A DNA stretch of 64,000 bases, taken from assembly GCA_046732835.1 (NCBI GenBank), contig JBKPNY010000122.1, positions 14,004-78,003 of the forward strand, in the 5' to 3' direction. Within the stretch, counting starts at the first letter, position 1. Every line of letters starts with the position of its first letter. The DNA is from Gemmatimonadota bacterium. GTDB taxonomy: Bacteria > Gemmatimonadota > Gemmatimonadetes > Gemmatimonadales > Gemmatimonadaceae. Positions 54,642-63,836 of this stretch are shown one piece after another. The notes under the pieces were generated by a model that had not been told where the DNA came from, ran no database searches, and worked only from the letters and a program-made list of their open reading frames with translations. The position numbers were made by a program, and so were the translations under genes.

Positions 54642-56363
54642 TTACTGCGCTGAAGTTGAGCGGTCGCGCGCAATTCGCCGCGCGGCAGGGATCGACCACT
54701 CTGGAATGTGTGCCCACCACGCATCGGGCCGCATGCCAACTGTGCGGATCCTCTTCTCGACTGCCATCACGCGCTTTGGCTCCGCCATCCACACAGCGGG
54801 CGCATCATCGATGATGATCTGATACGCGCTCGTGAAATGCCTTCGGCGCTCATCGAGAGTGCTAGCCGAGAGCGCGCTGTCGACCTGCGCATCGAATGCC
54901 GCGTTTCGATACGATCCGTAATTGGTGCCGCCCTTCGCCGCGCCTGATGATCCCCAGGTCTGCCGAATCCCACCGGGACTGGGTTCTACGTGCCATCCGC
55001 CGAAAACCGCATCAAAGCGGCGTGTATTCTCTTTGTTTATGAAGGCTGCAAAGTCCAGTGGCTCGATGTTCACCTTCATTCCCGCAAGTCGCAGCTGCTC
55101 CTGTATGACCCCCGCCATTGTGTTCCGCGCTTTGCTCGGTCCCGGAACAGTAATTGTGAATTCGAGAGGGATCCCGTTGCGCTCACGAACTCCATCTCCG
55201 TTCGAATCTTTCCAGCCGAGGGAATCGAGCAACTGTGTCGCCTTCACGCGATCAAATGGAATCTGCGCCAGCGCGGTATCGGTCGTCGGATATGCGCGGA
55301 CAGTTGGGCCAATCGCAACGTTTGCGAGTGAGTCGTAGGCGTTGCGCACAATACTCGAGCGATCGAGAGCCATCGTTATTGCGCGCCTCAGGCCACGGTC
55401 GCCAAACAATCGGTGGGGGCGCGACGGATTTTGTGGATCGTTCAGATTGAACTGAACGAAGTTGTAATCGAGCCCCGGCGTGAGCGTAATGCGAAGCGAG
55501 CTGTCACCGGCAATCTCAGCAAAGCTCGGCGCTGGTATCTGCTCCAGCATGTCCGCCTCGCCTGCTTTCAGTCGCGTGATCGCGGCACTCATGTCGGATG
55601 CAATTGCCAGAATGACACGGTCCAGGCTCGGGCGTCCGCGATAATTCGCCGTGTCCGCAACCAGGTCGATCGACTGCGCGGCATTCCATTTGGAGAACCT
55701 GTATCTGCCTGTCCCGATGGGAGCGCGCGCTGCACTCGATTCGCCGATCCTCGGACCCTGAGCGCTGTGAAGAAGATGCTCGGGCAGAATGAGCATGGTA
55801 TTCACCGCATCATAGAACTGCATTGGCGACCGCGCCTTGAACCAGACAGTTGCCGTGAGACTGTCAGTTGCGGTTACGGAGTCGACATCCTCGAGCGCAG
55901 TTGCGAATGGCGATCCGATTGTCTTGTCCGAATAAACACGCCACGTGAATGCGACATCGCCCGCGCGTACCGGTGCTCCGTCGTGCCACTTCGCCGCGGG
56001 ATCAAGATGGAACGCAATAGAAAGTGAGTCTGGAGCCCAATCCCATGTCTTTGCCAGTCGCGGCTGGAAACCCTGATCTCCCACCGTGCTGAGCGAATCG
56101 CCAATCTCGGCGAGACGATCATAGACGAGATCGCCGACAACCTGCGCGGTTGTCGTGGATGCAAGGGGAGGGAAGAGAGTTTCGGGATCTCCGCCGACTG
56201 CAATCACCAGCGTGCCGCCGTTCTCGCCCTGTGGCGCCGGCTTGTTCTCGCCCGAGCATGCCACTACGACGGCAAGCGCAAAGAGTTTTGTGAGACGATG
56301 AGACGATGAGAAAAGCTTTTTTGTTTTTGTGTCTTTTAACAAAAAGTATCCCGAAGCTCTCAT
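54642..56363 (-). CDS. ABC transporter substrate-binding lipoprotein, family 5 (OppA/DppA type)
   Basis: The lipobox is LFALAVVVAC. The body is family-5 SBP-like (…FHLDPAAKWHDGAPVRAGDVAFTW…, …YDKPEL-like segments). The N-terminal 26 residues are encoded by an AT-rich inverted-repeat region, so the true start is uncertain. Confidence 0.75.
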   Translation of the reverse strand: MRASGYFLLKDTKTKKLFSSSHRLTKLFALAVVVACSGENKPAPQGENGGTLVIAVGGDPETLFPPLASTTTAQVVGDLVYDRLAEIGDSLSTVGDQGFQPRLAKTWDWAPDSLSIAFHLDPAAKWHDGAPVRAGDVAFTWRVYSDKTIGSPFATALEDVDSVTATDSLTATVWFKARSPMQFYDAVNTMLILPEHLLHSAQGPRIGESSAARAPIGTGRYRFSKWNAAQSIDLVADTANYRGRPSLDRVILAIASDMSAAITRLKAGEADMLEQIPAPSFAEIAGDSSLRITLTPGLDYNFVQFNLNDPQNPSRPHRLFGDRGLRRAITMALDRSSIVRNAYDSLANVAIGPTVRAYPTTDTALAQIPFDRVKATQLLDSLGWKDSNGDGVRERNGIPLEFTITVPGPSKARNTMAGVIQEQLRLAGMKVNIEPLDFAAFINKENTRRFDAVFGGWHVEPSPGGIRQTWGSSGAAKGGTNYGSYRNAAFDAQVDSALSASTLDERRRHFTSAYQIIIDDAPAVWMAEPKRVMAVEKRIRTVGMRPDAWWAHIPEWSIPAARRIARDRSTSAQ

Positions 56364-56378
56364 TGTCTCATTGTCTCA
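56291..56378. repeat. 20-bp inverted repeat (18/20 matches) made of tandem octamers, bracketing the start codon of the SBP gene
   Basis: The left arm is tgagacgatgagacgatgag (56291-56310) and the right arm is ctcattgtctcattgtctca (56359-56378). The 48-nt spacer is A/T-rich. The right arm contains the annotated ATG (56363-56361) and an upstream ATG (56371-56369). Confidence 0.8.
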
Positions 56379-56435
56379 CAAAACCGTAAAGCCTGCACCC
56401 GCGCAGGAGCCGCAACGGAAGACAAAGTTGTGGAC

Positions 56436-57230
56436 TCATTTCCTCCACGTCCACAGTTCATTTCGGTAGCTGTCGAGATAGCGATCGGTGAATTCACGCG
56501 TCTCCGATTCATTCAGAACAGAAGCTCCCGAATCTTCGAGATGACGAACAGCATCGAAAAGCTGAGCAGCAACTTCATCAGCCGAAGGCTCACGCCCGAG
56601 AGCTTGAGCGAGAGTAGCAGCTTCGGGAGGTTCGAGCTCAGGTGAACGAGACACAAGAAGCGAGGCAATAACCGGCTGATCGTCAGCAATCAGAATCGAT
56701 CCGTGCTGCAGCATCGCACCATTCTCTCGATACTGCGCGCTTCCAACGAGCTTTGCGCCATCAACAACGAGCTCGCCTTCGGCTGGCTGTGCGAAGCACG
56801 GAAGCTCGCTGGGCCGCGGAGTCGACATCCCTCCTCGCGATTCCGTTGCGAGAACCCCAAGACGTGAAAGACCGTCGAGCAGAACACGATTGATTCTCTC
56901 GTACGAGGCTCTCAGTGAATCGCCATCGGAGACCGGCGCTGTCACACTGTAAGTGACTTCGCGCCAGTGGAGCAGCGCGCGGCCGCCTGTTGGGCGGCGC
57001 ACCACATCGATCCCCCGCTCAGCAATCTGAGCGAGATCATAGCGACCAAGAGCTGTCTGATTCCTCCCCAGCGAAAGAGTCGGCTTCGACCACGAGTAGA
57101 TCGAAAACACCACCTCGCCGGAGCTCCTCGCGCGATCCATTAGCCCCGCGTCGCGCGCCATGTTCTCTGCTCCGGAGCGCGGCCCAACATGCATCAGCCG
57201 CCACGTGGGCCAAGTGCGCGAGACAGTCAT
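56436..57230 (-). CDS. Lipoate-protein ligase A family protein (BPL/LPL catalytic domain; LplA/LipM-like)
   Basis: SGAENMARDAGLMD...SIYSWSKPTLSLGRNQ...VVRRPTGGRALLH...KLVGSAQ matches the lipoyl/octanoyl transferase catalytic-domain pattern. The gene is divergent from gcvP. Confidence 0.6.
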   Translation of the reverse strand: MTVSRTWPTWRLMHVGPRSGAENMARDAGLMDRARSSGEVVFSIYSWSKPTLSLGRNQTALGRYDLAQIAERGIDVVRRPTGGRALLHWREVTYSVTAPVSDGDSLRASYERINRVLLDGLSRLGVLATESRGGMSTPRPSELPCFAQPAEGELVVDGAKLVGSAQYRENGAMLQHGSILIADDQPVIASLLVSRSPELEPPEAATLAQALGREPSADEVAAQLFDAVRHLEDSGASVLNESETREFTDRYLDSYRNELWTWRK

Positions 57231-57279
57231 GACGGGTTAAATTGAAAGCTTCCAGAAGTCCTGAAAATTGAGATCACTG

Positions 57280-60195
57280 ATGGCTACAACAATAAAGCAG
57301 GTTGAGAGCGCGCTGCTGCCAGCGGAATCATTCGTGCCGCGTCACATCGGGCCGGGCGCCGCTGACATAGAAAAAATGGTCGAGTCGATTGGGTTCAGGT
57401 CCCTGGACGAGCTAATCGACGCGACAGTCCCGGCGAAAATCAGGCTTCGCGGCGCGCTCGATCTGCCGCATGGAAAAGCCGAGCACGAGGTTCTCGCAGA
57501 GTTCCGCGCGATGGCCGCGAAGAACAAGGTGTTCCGCTCATTCATTGGAATGGGTTACGCCGACACGGTGACGCCGCCCGTCATCCAGCGAAACATCGTC
57601 GAGAATCCCGCCTGGTACACAGCGTACACACCGTATCAGGCGGAGATAGCGCAAGGCAGACTCGAAGCGCTTCTCAACTTCCAGACGGTCGTAATGGACC
57701 TGACGGCGATGCAGATCGCGAACGCTTCACTGCTCGACGAGGGCACTGCTGCAGCCGAAGCCATGACGATGTCCTACGGACTGCGCGGCAAGGAAGGCAA
57801 GGAAGTTTTCTTTGTCGCCGACAGCTGTCACCCGCAGACCATCGACGTTGTGAAGACGCGTGCTGAAGTTCGCGGAATCGAAGTGAAAGTAGGCAATCCG
57901 TTCGCCGATGAAATCGGCGCCGATGTGTTTGGAATTCTCCTGCAGTATCCGGCGACCGACGGAGCTGTCAGCGACTATCGCGAAGTCGTAGAGAAAGCGC
58001 ACGCATCGAGTGCGCTGGTCACTGTTGCTGTCGATCTTCTCGCGCTCACGCTGCTGGTGCCACCCGGAGAATGGGGAGCCGACATTGTCGTCGGGAATTC
58101 GCAGCGCTTCGGAGTTCCCCTCGGCTACGGCGGACCGCACGCGGCGTTCTTTGCCACGCGCGATGAATTCAAGCGCAACATTCCGGGACGCATCATCGGC
58201 ATTTCACGCGACGCCGACGGAAAGCCCGCATTGCGAATGGCTCTTCAAACGCGCGAGCAGCACATCCGACGCGAGAAAGCAACCAGCAACGTGTGCACAG
58301 CGCAGGTGCTGCTTGCCGTTGTCGCAAGCATGTACGCCGTCTATCACGGTCCCGAGGGACTCAAGCGCATCGCGAACCGCGTGCACCAGTACACAACGGT
58401 TCTCGCTGAAGGGTTGAGGAAGCTTGGATTCGAAATCGCGCACGATGACTACTTCGATACAATCCGCGTCGAGCTGGGCGAGAAGAAGGCTTCAGAATTT
58501 GTCGCCCGTGCGGCCGATCGCAGAATCAACATTCGCCCCATAACGAACAACGCGGTCTGCATCGCGCTCGATGAGACAGTCACCGAGAAAGATCTTTCTG
58601 ATCTGTTCCAGGTGTTCGGTGCGGGAAGCAATCTCACTCCTGCTTCAGTCGTTACCACCGCAGATCCGAGATACGACGAAAGATTCAAGCGCACGAGCAC
58701 GTTCATGCTTCACGATGTGTTCAACACGCATCGCTCCGAGACCGAGCTTCTGCGGTACATGAACAAGCTCGCATCAAAGGACCTCTCGCTCGTTCACTCG
58801 ATGATTCCCCTCGGCTCATGCACAATGAAGCTGAATGCGACCGCCGAGATGATGCCAATCACCTGGCCGGGCTACTCGAAGATTCATCCTTTTGCGCCGC
58901 TCGATCAGACAGAAGGCTATCAGCAGATGTTCGACGAGCTCGAATCGTCGCTTGCGACGATCACGGGCTTTGCTGCGGTTTCATTGCAGCCGAATGCGGG
59001 ATCGCAGGGTGAGTACGCGGGACTTCTCGCGATTCACGCTTATCACGCATCGCGCAACGAAAATCATCGTGACGTCTGCCTCACGCCGCAGTCAGCGCAC
59101 GGAACAAATCCGGCGAGCGCTGTCATGGCGGGCATGAAAGTCGTGGTCGTGAAGACAGATACAAAGGGCAACATCGACATCGACGATCTTCGCGCAAAAG
59201 CTGAAGAGCACAAGAACGATCTCGCTGCATTGATGGTGACGTATCCGTCAACGCACGGCGTGTTCGAGGAAGGGATTGTCGACATCTGCCGCATTGTTCA
59301 CGAGCATGGCGGACAGGTCTACATGGATGGCGCCAACATGAATGCGATGGTCGGGCTTTGCCGTCCGGCCGATATCGGTGCCGACGTGTGCCATCTCAAC
59401 CTGCACAAGACTTTCTGCATTCCCCATGGCGGTGGGGGACCAGGCATGGGCCCGATTGGTGTCGCGTCGCACCTCGTGCCGTTCCTGCCGGGTCACGCAG
59501 TTATCTCGCAGAAAGGACGCGATGTAGTTGGCGCAGTGTCAGCGGCGCCCTGGGGCAGCTCGAGCATTCTTCCGATATCTGATTCCTACATCAGGCTCAT
59601 GGGTGGGGACGGACTCACACAGGCAACGAAGGTTGCGATTCTGAATGCGAATTACATCGCGAAGCGTCTCGATCCGCATTTCCCCGTTCTGTACAAAGGC
59701 GCGCACGGAACCGTTGCGCACGAGTGCATCGTCGACACGCGCGTCGTAAAGGGGCCGAGCGGCGTTGAAGTGGAAGACATTGCGAAGCGTCTCATGGACT
59801 ATGGCTTCCACGCTCCGACGGTATCGTTCCCGGTTGCCGGAACTCTGATGATCGAGCCCACTGAGAGCGAATCACTCGCCGAGCTGGACCGCTTCTGTGA
59901 TGCGATGATTGCGATCCGCGAAGAGATCCGCGAAATCGAGGAAGGGAAGGCCGACAAGAAGGACAATCTCCTCAAGAATTCGCCTCATACGCTCATGCGC
60001 ATTACGGCGGACTCGTGGTCACATTCATATTCCAGGGAGCGTGCGGCGTTTCCCGCGCCCTGGACTCGCGACTTCAAATTCTGGCCTGCAGTTGGCCGAG
60101 TCGAGAGTGCCTATGGCGACAGGAATCTCGTTTGTTCGTGTCCGCCGACCGATGCCTATGCGGATGCGCCGATATTGAATGTTGCGGCTGAGTAA
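57280..60195 (+). CDS. gcvP: Glycine dehydrogenase (decarboxylating), single-chain P protein
   Basis: The product is about 970 aa. FVPRHIGP..., [37 protein letters not shown] (PLP lysine region) and MIEPTESES form the canonical GcvP pattern. ATG 57280 is preferred over the TTG at 57268. Confidence 0.95.
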
Positions 60196-60259
60196 GTAAA
60201 CGCTAATTTTGCTGCCGTCAGAATTCGCTTAGCTCTCTCTCCCGTTCCCTGGAGCCGGT

Positions 60260-60544
60260 ATGAACAAGGCGGAATTGCTGGAAGCCCTGCAGCGTCAGAC
60301 CAAGCTGCGCCCTACACACGTAAAAAGGGTTGTGGATGCGATCTTCGATCCCGAGGATGGGGTGATCTCGAAGCAGATCAAGCGCGGCGGCAAGGTAACG
60401 ATCGCTGGCTTCGGGACGTTCGATCGCCGCAATCACAAGGCGCGTGATGTGAACAGCGTCTTCACTGGAAAGACAGTGAAGGTCAAAGCGAGAAAGATTC
60501 CAGGATTCCGGGCGGGTGTCTCGTTTAAGGAAGCAATGAGATAA
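60260..60544 (+). CDS. hup: HU family DNA-binding protein
   Basis: The pattern is MNKAELLEAL...VTIAGFGTFDRRNHKARDVNSVFTGKTVKVKARKIPGFRAG. The beta-arm is slightly longer than in classic HU. Confidence 0.8.
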   Translation: MNKAELLEALQRQTKLRPTHVKRVVDAIFDPEDGVISKQIKRGGKVTIAGFGTFDRRNHKARDVNSVFTGKTVKVKARKIPGFRAGVSFKEAMR

Positions 60545-60594
60545 GAACTGGAATGCTGAATGCTGACTGTCAGCATTCAGCATTCAGTATTCTT
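60543..60594. terminator. Bidirectional terminator-like hairpin between hup and gcvH
   Basis: The perfect 17-bp core is gaatgctgaatgctgac / gtcagcattcagcattc (60551-60567 / 60569-60585) and is built from a duplicated heptamer. It is extended by aagaa/ttctt. It abuts both stop codons. Confidence 0.7.
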
Positions 60595-60596
60595 AC

Positions 60597-60980
60597 TCAG
60601 CCGAGGTGCTTTGCGTACCCGGCTGCATCCATGAGCGCATCGACCGAGGCGGGATCCGCAGGTCTAATGCGAATCATCCAGCCTGAGCCGTAGGGGTCGC
60701 TGTTAACCAGCGCAGGCTCGCCGTCGAGTCGTCCGTTGATCTCGATAACTTCGCCGGCAATCGGTGAAAACAGCTCGGACACTGCTTTCACGGCTTCGAT
60801 AGTACCGAACACATCGTGCTTCCCGAGCTTCGTTCCGACTGAAGGAAGCTCGACGTACACTACGTCTCCAAGCTCACCTTGAGCGTAGTCCGTGATTCCG
60901 ACCTCGACGTTTCCGTCGGCTGTCTTTCGCACGTACTCGTGTTCTTCTGTATACCGCAGATCATCCGGAATATTCGCCAC
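60597..60980 (-). CDS. gcvH: Glycine cleavage system H protein
   Basis: YTEEHEYV...GITDYAQGELGDVVYVELP...FGTIEAVKAVSELFSPIAGEV contains the lipoyl-lysine motif EAVKA. Confidence 0.9.
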   Translation of the reverse strand: MANIPDDLRYTEEHEYVRKTADGNVEVGITDYAQGELGDVVYVELPSVGTKLGKHDVFGTIEAVKAVSELFSPIAGEVIEINGRLDGEPALVNSDPYGSGWMIRIRPADPASVDALMDAAGYAKHLG

Positions 60981-61028
60981 GCCACACCTCGAAAGATTGT
61001 TACCTGCAGGCCGACCGGAGGAAAATAA

Positions 61029-61646
61029 TCAGCCAGCCTGTGCTGTGACGCTGTCGTTGGCAATCGCCTGCCACACGCGGTCCACTTCATTCTCCAGATC
61101 CTCGCGCGATCCCGCGTTCTCGATAACGAAATCAGCGCGGGCGCGCTTCAGGTCAGCCGGCATCTGAGCGGCGATCATCTTCATTCCTTCAGCTTCATCA
61201 ATTCCGCGATCGCGAACGATGCGCTCGAGTCTGATCGAGCGCGGCGCGTCGACGAGGATGATCGTGTCGAACTCATCCGCGATATGTCTCTCGAAGAGAA
61301 GTGGAATCACGCATACGACAACGCTGTCACCGCGTGCGCGCGCGGCAGCAACCGCTTTCCGTCGCAGACGCTGTACTTCTGGATGAACGATGTCGTTCAG
61401 CGCGTCGAGATCCGACTGGTCAGCGAAGACTTTGTGGCGCAGGGCGGCGCGGTCGAGATTGCCTTCATCGTCGAGAATACCGTTGCCCCATTTGTACTTG
61501 ATTGCCTCGAGTGCGGGACTTCCCTTGAGGACCGCTTCCCGTGCGAGGACGTCAGCGTCGATAATGGTCGCGCCGCGATCTTCCATGAGATCAGCGACGG
61601 CCGACTTGCCGCTGGCGATGTTTCCCGTAAGGCCGATCAGTCGCAT
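61029..61646 (-). CDS. coaE: Dephospho-CoA kinase
   Basis: The ATG at 61646 gives MRLIGLTGNIASGKSAVADLM (P-loop) and the CoaE pattern follows. The ORF-track start 61868 overlaps tdk. Confidence 0.85.
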   Translation of the reverse strand: MRLIGLTGNIASGKSAVADLMEDRGATIIDADVLAREAVLKGSPALEAIKYKWGNGILDDEGNLDRAALRHKVFADQSDLDALNDIVHPEVQRLRRKAVAAARARGDSVVVCVIPLLFERHIADEFDTIILVDAPRSIRLERIVRDRGIDEAEGMKMIAAQMPADLKRARADFVIENAGSREDLENEVDRVWQAIANDSVTAQAG

Positions 61647-61696
61647 GTGAGTAGGGTGAATGGCAGCACTAAGGTAAAGTGAAATTATGTCTCCGC

Positions 61697-62308
61697 CTAC
61701 AGCAGAGTGGCCTGACTGGCGTCTTTTCGGGGGGCGGCGAAGCACATCCGGCAGCGTGCCTCGTACGATTCTGTGCTTCCCACCATGATAGTAGGGGAAT
61801 CGTAAGGCGCAGGCTTGCCGCTGATCAGGCGCTGGTTCCGGCTCGCCGGCCCCCCGCAAAGCACACAAATCGCGTGCAGCTTGTCGACCACCTCGGCGAT
61901 TGCCATCAACGAGGGCATCGACCCGAAAGGCTCGCCTCTAAAATCGGTATCCGTCCCGGCGATTATGACCCGCCGGCCACGGCCCGCTAAGGAAGTCACC
62001 AGAGGAACTATCCCGTCATCGAGGAACTGCGCCTCATCGATCGCAATCACATTTGCCATTGGATCGATTTTCACGGCGATCTGCGATGCATTGTCAGCGG
62101 GAATGGCCTCCACGGTTCGCCCGTCGTGACTGGATACGCTGTAAATCCCGGAGTAGCGCGCATCGAGATGCGACTTGAAAACCTGAACACGCTTGCGCGC
62201 GATGATTGCGCGGCGCACCCGGCGAATGAGCTCTTCGCTCTTTCCGCTGAACATCACGCCTGCAATTACCTCGATCCATCCTCCAGTCTGATGGAACGAC
62301 TGGCTCAT
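61697..62308 (-). CDS. tdk: Thymidine kinase
   Basis: [14 protein letters not shown] is the P-loop. IAIDEAQF is present, and the C-terminal zinc ribbon is CVLCGGPA...RCRMC. The ATG overlaps the upstream stop as ATGA. Confidence 0.9.
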
Positions 62309-63666
62309 GGCCTGTCACGCCTCGGCGGCCTTCCTTCTCTTCCACGTGGCGGTCCTTCTCTACCGCGGGGTGGGCCTTCCCGCCCGCGCGGTGGCCCCTT
62401 TCGCGAATCGCGCCCGCCGTCTCGCTCTCCACGTTCGCCTCGACGTGTGTCAGGTCCGCGTGAGAAGCCACGCGGTCCGTCACGGGGCGGTCCAAAGCTG
62501 CGCGGGGCAGGGCGCGATTCCTCCTGAGCCTTGCGAAGTGATCGCTCCCTCTCGAGAAGCCTCAATGCGGCCGCGGCAATCTCGATTCCGTCGTGCCGCT
62601 CGAGCATCGGCTCGAGTGACAGAAGCTCCCTGGAAGCGAGTCCGCTGTCGATGACATTCTGAAGCTCGCGCCGGGTTGCAGCCTCTCGCTCCCGGGCAAC
62701 GTTGCCGGCGGCGGAAAGGGTGAACGGCCGCACCTCGCTTCCTGCAATTCTCTTGAGTGTCGTCAGCTCATGCGGGTCCGCCAGCGACACCAGCGTTACG
62801 GGAGACGCAGCCGCAGCTGCAGCAAGAACGCTCCGCGACGTCGGCGCATCAAAAAAGATCACGGCGTAAGTCGACGGCTCTATCTCGCCTCTGGTTACTC
62901 GAACCGCAGTGGATCCCTCGTGATATCCGAGCATTCTGAGAAGTCCCTGAACCTCTCGCTCGGATTCATCGTCCGAGACAATGATGGCGGCCGATGGAGG
63001 ATCCAGATCGTCGAGCAGCCTTCGCAAGGTGCTTGAACGCGAGCCACGCGATACAACGACATACTGAATCGCAATCGGCTCGGCATTTTCGTCGATGTCG
63101 GAAGCTGTCTCACGATGAGCGCGTCGCAGGTAACGCTCGGCGAACGCGTTGACTCTGCCTTCGTTGCGACTGGTGACCACAATTCGAGCGGCATCCTTGG
63201 GGATTTCGGCCATCACTGCTTCCAGCGCTGCTACGTCTTCTTCACCGGCAGACAGAATTTCATCGGCCCACGCAAGGACGACCGACTTGATGGATTCGAG
63301 CTTGAGCTGACTGCCTTTGAGAAGGTCGCGAATGTCGCGGGGGGAGCCCGCAGCAGTCAGGACAGGTCTTTCAGCCAGGAGTCTGCGTGCCCGGCGTGCG
63401 GAGGTTATTGGAACCAGCTCTATTCCAGCTGGTCCCGTCAGGCGCAAAACCGCTTCGGCCAGCGCCACAGCGGTTTCCGCGTCTGAGGTGATGACAAGAA
63501 CCTGAGTCGTCCCCGCAGCAGGGTCGACGCGCTCCAGCGGGCCGGTGAGGAAATTCGGCACCGAAGCCATCGACCGCGGCAGGGTATGCACAACATTCTG
63601 GCTGCGACCCGAGCCGCGTTCGTCTCTCTCTTCGGTGTCCACCTTTCTGGCTCCTGAATGCGACAT
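62305..63666 (-). CDS. DEAD-box helicase-like protein with degenerate ATPase motifs and an Arg/Gly/Pro-rich repeat tail
   Basis: The protein is colinear with the DEAD-box core, but the motifs are eroded:
- [15 protein letters not shown] replaces the PTRELA-type motif Ia.
- [10 protein letters not shown] replaces DEAD.
- IVVTSR replaces SAT.
- There is no GxGKT and no HRIGRTGR.

A DeaD-like C-terminal helical region is followed by GPPRGRE x3. The start is uncertain: ATG 63666, 63570 or 63738; the ORF-track maximum is 63825. Confidence 0.5.
62335..62397 (-). repeat. Three tandem 21-nt coding repeats (GPPRGRE x3) with synonymous divergence
   Basis: The units on the coding strand are ggaccgccacgtggaagagaa, ggcccaccccgcggtagagaa and gggccaccgcgcgggcgggaa. 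All three translate to GPPRGRE. Confidence 0.9.
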
Positions 63667-63836
63667 TGGCGCAGCTTCCGCCGCGCCGATACTGTTATTA
63701 TCCGTGTGGCGTTTGCACTTCGCCGTTGAACGAAACATAGCAGAATCATGGCGGCATCGCGCCCGACGACTCTCTCTCCAACTCAACCAGAAAACCGGTA
63801 CCAGGCACCGGTGTTCTGGTGTCACTTGGTACCTCG

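Noticed and set aside
57231-57279. Glycine riboswitch upstream of gcvP.
   Set aside because: Only about 50 nt separate the divergent start codons, which is too short for even a single glycine aptamer. No conserved aptamer core is visible.
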